From an uncultured Gemmatimonadaceae bacterium (GTDB lineage Bacteria; Latescibacterota; UBA2968; UBA8231): 64,000 nucleotides of DNA. Position 1 is the first letter of the stretch; each line of letters opens with the position of its first letter. Shown piece after piece: positions 28,037 through 39,889 of this stretch. A program made the translations under genes and the position numbers. The DNA lies in assembly GCA_964591015.1 (NCBI GenBank), contig CAZPXM010000001.1:41062-105061 (forward strand), given 5' to 3'. The notes under the pieces are model-generated. The model ran no database searches. It was not told where the DNA came from and saw only the letters and a program-made list of their open reading frames with translations.

Positions 28037-30046
28037 ATGGCAGAGGCGTTCTGGTTCAACCGGATGGTGGAGTACTGGAGCTTGCCGCTGCACCTCGATC
28101 TGCCGGCCCTGGTGCGGCGCGCCCGGCTGCAGCTCGTCCAGGCAGGCACCTTCGGGCCGATGTTCTACGGGCTCGCCGACGACCCCTCGGTGCCCCGGCA
28201 GTGGGTGGGGATGCCGCTGGTCGGCATCGAGCCGAACCTCGAGCTGGCGCAGCGGACCATCGCCGGGGTGCAGGCCGCCGGCGCTCGCTTCGTCGGGCAG
28301 TTCAGCATGTCCTGGCACTACGGCGACCACGAGCGCGGCAAGGGGCTGTTCGGCGCGTGGGAGCGCCTGTGGACCGCCCCGCTGCTCGGGGCGCCGCCTT
28401 GTGCCGCGGCGGCCGACGCCATGGAGCGGCTGCCCGACGGCTCGCTGCGTTGCTGGCCGATCGAGGGGCGGCCCTATCGCACCTACAGCGGCTGCTTCTG
28501 CAACCCGCTGTGGCTGGCGGTGCTGAAGGCCATGGTGACCCGCGCGATCGCCCTGGGAGTGGATGGCCTGATGGCCCACCACAACTTCTCCAGCTTCTGT
28601 GGCTGCCAGCACTGCCGGGCCTATCTGCGGGCCCGCCTGGAGGCCCGCTTCGATGCTGGGGAACGGGAGGCGCTGTTCGGCGACGGCTGGGAGCGAGGCG
28701 ACGATCTGCGTTCGCCCGTTGCCGGCGCCCCGGCAGCGCTGGCAGCGCAGCTGCGCCTGGAGCTGGAGCGGAGCGCCCATCGCCGCCGCAAGGAGATGTT
28801 GGACGAGGTGCTGCTCGGCCACGGCCGGTCGCTGAAGCCGGATCTGCTGGTGGCCCAGTGGTACCACAAGTACGACTTCGGCCCCCATGACGAGCGGAGC
28901 CTGCTGCCCGCATCGGAGTGGGCCCGCGGCGAGAGCTACATCTGGTACAGCCAGGGAGCGCACAAGGGTGAGAGCCAGCTGGCGCACGGGTACCTGGCGG
29001 ACATGGGCCTCCCGGCGCGGTTCATGTATGCGGCGGGAGGGGGGCGACCATTCATCGCCAACAAGTACGACCACCGGCGCCTGCGCCTGTCGATCGCCGA
29101 GGCGGCAGCGAACGGGGCGGCGGCCCTGGCCTTTCACGTGCCCGGAGGCGTCGAGGCCGGCGACGAGCTGGCGCGCGACGAGTACTGCGCCGCCCTGGTC
29201 CGCTACCACGGTTTCGTGGCGGCCCACGCGGCGCTCTATCATCCGGCCCGGCCGTGGGCCGACGTGGCGCTGGTCTATCCCCGCCGCGACGAGTTGCACG
29301 GCGAGACCGGCTGCCTGGAGGCCCTGCACCGAGCCGGACGGGTGCTGGAGGACCGCCACGTGCCGTTCGCCATCGTGCTGGACGAACAGCTGATCGAGCA
29401 GGGCGCCGCGTTCGCGACGCTCATCGTGCCGCGGCCGCAGCGGCTGACCGCGACGGAGCGCTCGTGGCTGCACGACCACGCTGCCCGAGGCGGCCTGGTG
29501 GTGATGCTGGAGTCGGCCGGGGAGCAGGAGCAGGACGCGGGCGGCCGGGCGGCCGGCAGCCCCGAGGCGGCCGCGGCGCGCGCCGGCACGGGCCTCCGCT
29601 ACCTGGCAGTGCACCCGTGGGCGGGCCAGACCGCGGAGGTGCGGCCCGGCGTGCGCGTGCCGGTGTGGCCGGCTCCCGAGGCCGACGAGTTCGGCCGGGC
29701 GCTGCTGGAGGTGTTGGCTGCGGGGGGCGTCCCCCGCCTGGTCACCGATGCCCCCTGGTACGTCCGCGTGCGCGCCTGGTGCCTCGAGGCTGGCGGGCTG
29801 GCGCTGCACTGGGTCAACTACCGGCAGGTCGAGTCCGCGGCCACGGAGACGCCCTGGCCGGTGGGGCCGATCGCCGTCGACTGCGCCGTGCCGCCAGGGC
29901 AGCGGATCGTGCGCCTCGACTGGCATCGCCCCGAAGCAGAAAGCGCCGCATTGCCCTTTGTCCACGCCGGCGGGCGGCTGCGCTTCGCGGTGCCGGAAGT
30001 CGTGGTGTACGGCATCGTCGTGGTCCAGTTCGACTGGCGCGCGTGA
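28037..30046 (+). CDS. Uncharacterised glycoside-hydrolase-like TIM-barrel protein with class-I-GATase-like C-terminal domain
   Basis: GVDGLMAHHN, FCGCQHC, ADVALVYPRR, HVPFAIVLDEQL, LALHWVNY. Confidence 0.7.
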   Translation: MAEAFWFNRMVEYWSLPLHLDLPALVRRARLQLVQAGTFGPMFYGLADDPSVPRQWVGMPLVGIEPNLELAQRTIAGVQAAGARFVGQFSMSWHYGDHERGKGLFGAWERLWTAPLLGAPPCAAAADAMERLPDGSLRCWPIEGRPYRTYSGCFCNPLWLAVLKAMVTRAIALGVDGLMAHHNFSSFCGCQHCRAYLRARLEARFDAGEREALFGDGWERGDDLRSPVAGAPAALAAQLRLELERSAHRRRKEMLDEVLLGHGRSLKPDLLVAQWYHKYDFGPHDERSLLPASEWARGESYIWYSQGAHKGESQLAHGYLADMGLPARFMYAAGGGRPFIANKYDHRRLRLSIAEAAANGAAALAFHVPGGVEAGDELARDEYCAALVRYHGFVAAHAALYHPARPWADVALVYPRRDELHGETGCLEALHRAGRVLEDRHVPFAIVLDEQLIEQGAAFATLIVPRPQRLTATERSWLHDHAARGGLVVMLESAGEQEQDAGGRAAGSPEAAAARAGTGLRYLAVHPWAGQTAEVRPGVRVPVWPAPEADEFGRALLEVLAAGGVPRLVTDAPWYVRVRAWCLEAGGLALHWVNYRQVESAATETPWPVGPIAVDCAVPPGQRIVRLDWHRPEAESAALPFVHAGGRLRFAVPEVVVYGIVVVQFDWRA

Positions 30047-30177
30047 AGACGGCCGCTGTCGTCCTCGCTGCCCCGGCGCCAGGAGAGCGGGCGCGCGGGG
30101 CTGCGGCGGACGCACGCGGCGCCGGCCACGCATGGCCGCAACCGCAGCACGCCACGAGCGGAAGGGAGGCAGTGTCC

Positions 30178-30930
30178 ATGGAGGTGCTGGTGACAGGAGC
30201 AGCGAGCGATCTCGGCCAACAGCTGGCCGCGGTCCTGGGCCGCGAGCACCGCGTGCGCTTGTTCGACGAGCGCCAGTTCCCCGTGCCGGCGCGCGCCGAC
30301 AGCCGGCAGGGCAGCTTGCTGGCGGCAGAGGACGTGTGGCAGGCGGTACGCGGGGTGCAGGCGGTCGTCCATACTGCGGTGCCGCCGGCGGGCGTGCCGG
30401 CGGCCGGCCTGGGGCGCGAGCAGGCGCTGCTGGAATGGTACGCGCGCGGCACGCACGTCCTCATGCAGGCGTGCGTGGATGCCGGCGTGCGGCGGTGCGT
30501 CTACCTCAGCACGTTGGAGCTGTTCCGTGCGTACCCGGACGACGTGTACATCAGCGAGCAGTGGCGCCCCTTGCCGCCCCCGCAGATGGAGATCCTGGGG
30601 CCGTACCTGGGCGAGCTGGTCTGCCGCGAGTTCGCTGCCGACTACCGGATCGGCGTCACCGTGCTGCGGCTCGGCAGGCTCGAGTACGAGGAGACCGTGG
30701 CGCCGGACGCGCCCGACCTGCTGTGGCTGGATCCGCGGGACGCGGCCCAGGCCTGCGCCCTGGCGCTGCGCGCCGATCTGAGCCAGGAGGTGCACAGCGC
30801 GCGCCGCTGGCGCGTGCTCCACATCTGTGCGCAGCATCCCGACGGCAAGTACCTGATCCAGCGGGCCCGCGAGATCGGCTACGCGCCCGTCCACAACTAC
30901 GCCGCCGTGTGGGGCGGCGAGCGAGGCTGA
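30178..30930 (+). CDS. NAD-dependent epimerase/dehydratase-fold protein, catalytic YxxxK apparently absent
   Basis: VLVTGAASDLG, VYLST, GELVCREF, VTVLRLG, DPRDAAQA; GGGAGG RBS. Confidence 0.8.
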   Translation: MEVLVTGAASDLGQQLAAVLGREHRVRLFDERQFPVPARADSRQGSLLAAEDVWQAVRGVQAVVHTAVPPAGVPAAGLGREQALLEWYARGTHVLMQACVDAGVRRCVYLSTLELFRAYPDDVYISEQWRPLPPPQMEILGPYLGELVCREFAADYRIGVTVLRLGRLEYEETVAPDAPDLLWLDPRDAAQACALALRADLSQEVHSARRWRVLHICAQHPDGKYLIQRAREIGYAPVHNYAAVWGGERG

Positions 30931-30932
30931 AC

Positions 30933-31661
30933 ATGGCCAAGAAGAAGGTGCTGCTGCTGGGCGCCGCCGGCCTGGTGGCGCCGCACATCACGGCTGGACT
31001 GGAGCGGCACTTCGAGCTGCGCCTGGCGGATATCCAGCCGCATCCGGGCGGACGGGAGCAGCTGCACGTGGACATCGGCTGCTACGAGCAGGTGCTGGCC
31101 GCGGCGCGCGGCATGGACGCGATCTTCAACTTCACGGTCAACCGCGGCCATCCGGTGCTGAGCTTCACCGTGAATGTGCTGGGCGCCTACCACGTGCTCA
31201 GGGCGGCGGTCGAGCTGGGGATCAGGCGCATCGTGCACACCGGGCCTCAGAGCGTCATCGGCGCCTACCAGCACGACTTCGACGTGGACGATCCGCCGCC
31301 CCGCCCCGGCGCGGGGTACTACGGGATCACCAAGCACCTGAGCAACGAGCTGTGCCGGGTGTTCGCGCGCGCTCACGATCTGCAGATCGTCTGCTTCCTG
31401 TTCAACGGGCTGCGGGCCAGGCCGGAGGGGCCGATTCGCGGCGAGGACTTTCCCGCGTTCACGGTCGTCTGGGAGGACTTGGTGGAGGCCTGCCGGCTGG
31501 CCGTGGAAGCCGACGCCCGGGCGATCGCGGGCGGGTTCCAGATCCTCAACCTGCACAGCCACCAGGGACACGGGAAGTACCTGCTCGACAAGGCGGCGCG
31601 GGTGCTGGGCTTCAGGCCGCTCGAGCCGGTGGAGCGGCTCTACCGCCGGCGGGTCGGGTGA
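30933..31661 (+). CDS. NAD-dependent epimerase / uronate-dehydrogenase-like extended SDR
   Basis: VLLLGAAGLV, LRLADI, VNVLGAYHVLRAA, YYGITKHLSNE (YxxxK). Confidence 0.85.
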   Translation: MAKKKVLLLGAAGLVAPHITAGLERHFELRLADIQPHPGGREQLHVDIGCYEQVLAAARGMDAIFNFTVNRGHPVLSFTVNVLGAYHVLRAAVELGIRRIVHTGPQSVIGAYQHDFDVDDPPPRPGAGYYGITKHLSNELCRVFARAHDLQIVCFLFNGLRARPEGPIRGEDFPAFTVVWEDLVEACRLAVEADARAIAGGFQILNLHSHQGHGKYLLDKAARVLGFRPLEPVERLYRRRVG

Positions 31662-31712
31662 CGGCGGCGCCGGCGGCCCGAGGCGGCCCCGCCGGATCCG
31701 CCGCCGCGGTCG

Positions 31713-35036
<3,324 letters not shown>

Positions 35037-35066
35037 TCAGTCCTGCCCCTTTACAGGAGAAAGACC

Positions 35067-35672
35067 ATGGCTTTCGCGCTGCCTGCTCTGCCCTACGCCG
35101 AGGACGCTCTCGAGCCGCACTACTCGGCCCGCACCATCGGCTTCCACCACGGCAAGCATCACGCGGCGTATGTCAAGAACCTCAACGACCTGGCAGCGGG
35201 AACGGAGCTGGCCAGCAAGAGCCTGGAGGAGATCATCCGCGCCACTGCCGGCGACGCCGCGCGCACTGCGGTCTTCAACAACGCCGCGCAGGTATGGAAT
35301 CACACGTTCTTCTGGTCCTCCATGCGGCCAGGGGGCGGCGGCGAGCCCGGCGGCGCCCTGGCCGCGGCCATGGCCCGCGACTTCGGGAGCGTGGCCGCGT
35401 GCGTGGAGGCCCTGAAGAAGGCGGCGATCGCGCGCTTCGGCAGCGGTTGGGGATGGCTGGTGCTCAAGGGCGGCAAGCTGGAGGTCGCGAGCACGGCCAA
35501 TGCCGAGACCCCGCTGACCTGGAACGGGGTGACGCCGTTGCTCACCGTGGATGTCTGGGAGCACGCCTACTACCTCGACTACCAGAACCGGCGGCCCGAC
35601 TACCTGCAGACCTTCGTGGAGAGGCTGGCCAACTGGGAGTTCGCCGCCGCCAATCTGGCCCGCGCCTGCTGA
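35067..35672 (+). CDS. sodB: Superoxide dismutase, Fe-type
   Basis: LPALPYAEDALEP, HHGKHHAAYV, NNAAQVWNHTFFW (Fe-type Gln), FGSGWGWL, DVWEHAYYLDY. Confidence 0.95.
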   Translation: MAFALPALPYAEDALEPHYSARTIGFHHGKHHAAYVKNLNDLAAGTELASKSLEEIIRATAGDAARTAVFNNAAQVWNHTFFWSSMRPGGGGEPGGALAAAMARDFGSVAACVEALKKAAIARFGSGWGWLVLKGGKLEVASTANAETPLTWNGVTPLLTVDVWEHAYYLDYQNRRPDYLQTFVERLANWEFAAANLARAC

Positions 35673-35771
35673 GCGCCGGCACGCGGCGCGCGGTTGCGGC
35701 CGGTCTGCGGCGCCGGCGGCCTGTGTCCCGATGGCGGGTCCCAGTCAGCTGCCCATGGGAGGCGAATCCGG

Positions 35772-36812
35772 ATGAAGCTGCTGAAGGAGCTGTGCGAGAC
35801 CGCCGGCATCGCCGGACGGGAAGAGCGCCTGCGCGGCATCGTCGAGCGCGAACTGAGGCCGGTAGTGGACGACCTCCACGTCGACGCACTGGGGAACGTC
35901 GTGGCCCTGCGGCGGGCGGCGCGGCGCAAGGGCGCTCGCCGGCTCATGCTCGCCGCCCACATGGACGAGATCGGGTTCGTCGTCTCGCATGTCGACGACC
36001 ACGGTCTGCTGCGCCTGGTGCCGCTGGGCGGCCACGACCCGCGCAACCTGGTAGCGCAACGGGTCACCGTCTGCGCCGACGGTGGCGACCTGACCGGATT
36101 GCTCTACCCCGGCCTGAAGCCGCCCCACATCCAGACCGAGGAAGACCGCAAGAAGCAGCTCAACCTGAGCGACTTCTTCGTCGATCTGTGCCTGCCGCCC
36201 GATCGCGTCCGCAGTCTGGTGGCGGTCGGCACCATGGTCACCCTGCAGCGCGACTTCCAGGAGATCGGCGCCGGCGTCAGCGGCAAGGCCATGGACGACC
36301 GGCTGGCGGTCTACGTGATGATCAGGGCCATGCAGCAGGCCAAGAGCGTTGGGTTCGACACGTACGCGGTGGCGACGACTCAGGAAGAGGTCGGGCTGCG
36401 AGGCGCGGCGGTCAGCGCGTACGGCGTGGAGCCCGAGCTGGGCATCGCGCTCGATGTGACGCTGGCAGCGGACATACCCGGCGTGCCCGAGCACGAACAG
36501 GTCACGCGCCTGGGCAAGGGCGTGGCCATCAAGCTGCTGGATTCGGCGTCCATCTCGGACCCTGGCCTCTTCCGGCAGATGCGGGCGCTGGCAGAGAAGA
36601 GGAAGATCGAGCACCAGATCGAGATCCTGCCCCGCGGCGGCACGGACGCCGGCGCCATGCAGCGCGCCCGCGCCGGCGTTCCGGTCGTCACGCTCTCCGT
36701 GCCGACCCGCTACGTGCACACCTCGATCGAGTTGGCTGCCAAGGATGACATCCGCGCGGCCATCGCCCTGTTGACCGCCTTCCTCGAGGAAGGGAACCGC
36801 AAGGGGCGTTAG
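35772..36812 (+). CDS. M42 family metallopeptidase (FrvX/TET-like)
   Basis: LAAHMDEIG, GKAMDDR, TTQEEVGLRGA, IALDVT, GGTDAG, PTRYVHT. Confidence 0.93.
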   Translation: MKLLKELCETAGIAGREERLRGIVERELRPVVDDLHVDALGNVVALRRAARRKGARRLMLAAHMDEIGFVVSHVDDHGLLRLVPLGGHDPRNLVAQRVTVCADGGDLTGLLYPGLKPPHIQTEEDRKKQLNLSDFFVDLCLPPDRVRSLVAVGTMVTLQRDFQEIGAGVSGKAMDDRLAVYVMIRAMQQAKSVGFDTYAVATTQEEVGLRGAAVSAYGVEPELGIALDVTLAADIPGVPEHEQVTRLGKGVAIKLLDSASISDPGLFRQMRALAEKRKIEHQIEILPRGGTDAGAMQRARAGVPVVTLSVPTRYVHTSIELAAKDDIRAAIALLTAFLEEGNRKGR

Positions 36813-36875
36813 CCGCGGGGCGAGGCTGCCCGTGCGGGCCTCTCCCGGCCTGCCGGGGCCGCTGCGTCGGGCGGA

Positions 36876-37019
36876 TCAGGAGTGGTGCGGTCGCCCCGGC
36901 CGGGCGATGAGGTACACCAGCCCGGCGACCAGGCACAGCAGCAGCCCCTTGGGACCGAACGCGTACACCAGGATGCCGGCCGTCACGCCCGCCACTACCC
37001 ACTTCTCGCGTGCTCCCAT
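36876..37019 (-). CDS. Small membrane protein (47 aa, two short hydrophobic segments)
   Basis: MGAREKWVVAGVTAGILVYAFGPKGLLLCLVAGLVYLIARPGRPHHS; GAGG upstream. Confidence 0.55.
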   Translation of the reverse strand: MGAREKWVVAGVTAGILVYAFGPKGLLLCLVAGLVYLIARPGRPHHS

Positions 37020-37344
37020 ACTGACCTGCCTCGGCTGATCTCTCCACGCCGTGGACGGTTGGCTGGCCACCAGTATGGCCGCGAATATAGTCGCGATCGG
37101 CCGCCGGTGCAGTACACGGCGGCTGTGACCTGCCACGGCGGGGGGCGCCGGCCCGCGCGTCGCGTCCGGCGCGGAGCATCCGGGAACGCCGGTCGGCGGT
37201 CCTGCCGGATCCGCCCACGGGTGCGCGGCGGGCCTTGCGCCGTGCCTCGGCGGTCGGGCTCGGGGCGATGGTGGCAGGTACACGAAATGCGATCAAGAGA
37301 AGCAAAAAAATCCACCGAGGGCCCAAAACGATCTATGTTTTGTG

Positions 37345-37373
37345 TTGACACGTTAAAGAATATGTGCTATCGT
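37345..37373 (+). promoter_or_regulatory. Strong sigma70 promoter TTGACA-N17-TATCGT with extended -10 TG and upstream A-tract
   Basis: ttgaca cgttaaagaatatgtgc tatcgt in the only markedly AT-rich patch of the window. Confidence 0.75.
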
Positions 37374-37399
37374 TGAAACCAGACAGGAGCGACGATGCC

Positions 37400-37795
37400 G
37401 TGAGAAAGATCCTGGAGAAGTGTCCGGCCTGCGGCGCAGCGCTCGAGGTCACGCGACTCGGCTGCCGGCAGTGCCAGACGGTGATCGAGGGCGTTTTCGT
37501 GCCGTGCACCTTCTGCAAGCTGTCCCCGGACAGCCTGGAGTTCGTCACCACGTTCGTGCGCACCCGGGGCAACCTCAAGGAGATCGAGCGCGAGCTGGGC
37601 ATGTCGTATCCCACGGTACGGGGTCGACTGCAGGCGGTTCTGGAGGAGCTTGGCTTCGGCACCGAGGAGCAACAGGGCGAGCGCCCGCCTGGCGAACAGG
37701 AACTGGCGGCGCAGCGCCGCGCCATCCTGGCGCGGCTGGAGGAGGGCCGGATCAGCGTCGACGAGGCCGTCGTCGCGCTGGAGCGGCTTCCCTGA
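37400..37795 (+). CDS. DUF2089 family Zn-ribbon/HTH regulator with C-terminal SHOCT-like motif
   Basis: CPACG...CRQC, FVRTRGNLKEIERELGMSYPTVRGRL, RRAILARLEEGRISVDEA; GTG after AGGAG. Confidence 0.88.
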   Translation: MRKILEKCPACGAALEVTRLGCRQCQTVIEGVFVPCTFCKLSPDSLEFVTTFVRTRGNLKEIERELGMSYPTVRGRLQAVLEELGFGTEEQQGERPPGEQELAAQRRAILARLEEGRISVDEAVVALERLP

Positions 37796-37825
37796 GACAG
37801 AACACACGATGACGGAGGTGTCGCC

Positions 37826-38989
37826 ATGGACAGCGGAGAACGTCTCAGCGTCCTCACCATGCTGGCCGAGGGGAAGATCTCGGTGGACGAGGCCGAACGT
37901 CTGCTGCTGGCGCTCGGTCAAGCCGCTGGACCGGCAGCCGACAGCACTGGTGCCGCGGGGCAGGCAGGCGCCGGGGCGGCGCCGGCCGGCCACGACGGCA
38001 CGCGGGGCCTGGATCTGGAAGCGCTGGGGGCGCAGGTCCGGCGTGCGGGCAGCTCCCTGCAGGCCAGCGAGATCGGGCGCACGGTGAGCCGCGAGGTCGG
38101 CAAGGCGCTGGGATCGCTGCAGCGGGCCGACTGGGGCGGTCTGGCCAGCCGCATCGTCTCGCAGGTGACGGAAGCCGTCACGCAGGCTGTCGAGCATGCC
38201 GCTCCGCGCGTCCAGGTCGAGAAGGAGCAGGAGTGGTCCTTTGCGGGCGTCAACCTGAGGCGGCTGGCAGCGACGGTGGCCAACGGTCGCATCGAGGTCG
38301 AGGGAGGCGATGGCGAGCAGGTCTCGGTCCACGCCGTCGTGCGCGTGCGCGCCCGCGACCAGGCCGGCGCAGCGGCCGTCGCCGAGCAGGTCGTGCCGCG
38401 CGCGGTCGAGGAGGGCGACTGCCTGCGCCTGTTCGTCGAGCCCGACAAGCCCCCGAGCGGCTCGCAGGTGAGCGTCGCCTACCGCGTGCTGTGCCCGCGC
38501 TCCCTGCGGGCCGAGCTGCGGGTGGCGAACGGCAACGTGCGCTGCACCCGGATCGAAGGCGGAGCCCGGCTGGCGGCCACCAACGGCAATGTCCACGCCG
38601 AGCACTGCCGCGGCGAGCTGGACGCGCGGACGGTGAACGGCAACGTGGTGGCGCGGGTCGACGAACTGACCGCGGCTGGCTCGTTCGAGACCACCAACGG
38701 CAATGTGAGCGTGGACGTGCTGGGCGGTGGCGGCTCCCTGACGGCCACGTCGCAGAACGGGAACGTCCGGCTGTGCTTGCCTGCCGCGGCGAGCGCCGAC
38801 GTCGAGGCGCGCACGACGAACGGCACCGTGACGACCGAGCTGGCCATGTCCCGGGTCGTCGAGCAGAAGCGGAACGCCCTGGTGGGAACGATCGGCGAGG
38901 CCGCCGCCGAGATGCCGCAACTGCGCCTGCGCACGCTGAACGGCAACATCCACCTCGGCTCGACCCAACCCGAGGAGGCGGGACGATGA
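37826..38989 (+). CDS. SHOCT-like N-terminus plus DUF4097 (Toastrack) beta-repeat protein
   Basis: ERLSVLTMLAEGKISVDEAERLL, then repeated T/V-x-NG-N-V beta motifs (VANGRI, VANGNV, TNGNV, VNGNV, TTNGNV, SQNGNV, TTNGTV, TLNGNI). Confidence 0.88.
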   Translation: MDSGERLSVLTMLAEGKISVDEAERLLLALGQAAGPAADSTGAAGQAGAGAAPAGHDGTRGLDLEALGAQVRRAGSSLQASEIGRTVSREVGKALGSLQRADWGGLASRIVSQVTEAVTQAVEHAAPRVQVEKEQEWSFAGVNLRRLAATVANGRIEVEGGDGEQVSVHAVVRVRARDQAGAAAVAEQVVPRAVEEGDCLRLFVEPDKPPSGSQVSVAYRVLCPRSLRAELRVANGNVRCTRIEGGARLAATNGNVHAEHCRGELDARTVNGNVVARVDELTAAGSFETTNGNVSVDVLGGGGSLTATSQNGNVRLCLPAAASADVEARTTNGTVTTELAMSRVVEQKRNALVGTIGEAAAEMPQLRLRTLNGNIHLGSTQPEEAGR

Positions 38990-39801
38990 ACGCGGAGATG
39001 CGCAAGGTGCTGGCGCTGGTGGCGAGGAAGGCGATCACGCCTGCCGACGGCGAGCGGCTGCTGGCCGCCCTCGGGCAGCCGGAGCCCACAGGGCCGGAGG
39101 CGGCGCCGGCGCTGTCCGCAGGACTTGGCGAAGGCTCGGCGGCATCGCTGGCGGGCGCCCTGGCGGAGGGGGCGCTGCTGGAGGGGGCGCTGCTGGCGGG
39201 GGCGACCCTGGAGGGCGCCGACCTGCGCCACGCGGACCTGACCGACGCCGACCTGAGCGGCGCCAACCTGGAGGGTGCGGTGCTGGCCGACGCGGTGCTG
39301 CGCGGGGCCCGGCTGGTGCGGGCCAATCTGGAGGGCGCGCACCTGGACGCAGCGGTGGCTGCAGGAGCCGATCTGGGCGGCGCGAATCTGGAGAACTCGC
39401 GGCTGGAGGCCGCGCGCCTCGTCGGCGCCAGCCTGGCGGGCGCCAACCTGGAGAACGCCGTGCTGGCCGAGGCCGAGCTGTCCGACGCCGACCTAACCGG
39501 CGCCAATCTCGAAGGGGCCGACCTGCGGCGCGCGGTGCTGGCCGGTGCCCGGCTGGCCGGGGCCAACTGCGAGGGCCTGAGCGCCCCGGACGCCGACTGC
39601 TCGCAGGCCGACCTGGCGGGCGCCTTCCTCGGCGAGGCAGACCTGGACGGTGCCGACCTGCGCGGCGCGAACCTGGCCGGGGCCGTCGCCCCCAGGGTGC
39701 AGTGGCGTGGGCTGTGCCTGCGGGACGCGGACCTCCACGGGCGCGACCTGACGCACGGGGATCCCGGTGCCAGCGCCGGCGGCGGCGAGGCGCGCGGCTG
39801 A
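38986..39801 (+). CDS. SHOCT-like N-terminus plus pentapeptide-repeat (Rfr) protein
   Basis: EMRKVLALVARKAITPADGERLLAAL, then about 41 consecutive LxGAx-type pentapeptides; ATGA overlap with the upstream stop. Confidence 0.9.
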   Translation: MNAEMRKVLALVARKAITPADGERLLAALGQPEPTGPEAAPALSAGLGEGSAASLAGALAEGALLEGALLAGATLEGADLRHADLTDADLSGANLEGAVLADAVLRGARLVRANLEGAHLDAAVAAGADLGGANLENSRLEAARLVGASLAGANLENAVLAEAELSDADLTGANLEGADLRRAVLAGARLAGANCEGLSAPDADCSQADLAGAFLGEADLDGADLRGANLAGAVAPRVQWRGLCLRDADLHGRDLTHGDPGASAGGGEARG

Positions 39802-39814
39802 ACCCGTCGGCAAG

Positions 39815-39864
39815 CCCGGCGCCGCGCACCCGGCAGCGGGGGCTGCCGGGTGCGCGGCGCCGGG
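39815..39864. terminator. Perfect 23-bp GC hairpin between convergent genes (possible bidirectional terminator or RNA stabiliser; no U-tract)
   Basis: CCCGGCGCCGCGCACCCGGCAGC-gggg-GCTGCCGGGTGCGCGGCGCCGGG. Confidence 0.6.
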
Positions 39865-39889
39865 TCAGCGGCAGGGCCGGGCCATGCGG

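Noticed and set aside
38986-39801. Periodic DNA pattern considered as a CRISPR or tandem array
   Set aside because: The 15-nt periodicity is fully explained by pentapeptide coding; there are no identical repeats with unique spacers and no cas genes.
38986-39801. Calling the pentapeptide protein qnr
   Set aside because: It lacks Qnr loop insertions and the C-terminal dimerisation helix and has a SHOCT-like N-terminus; resistance is unsupported.
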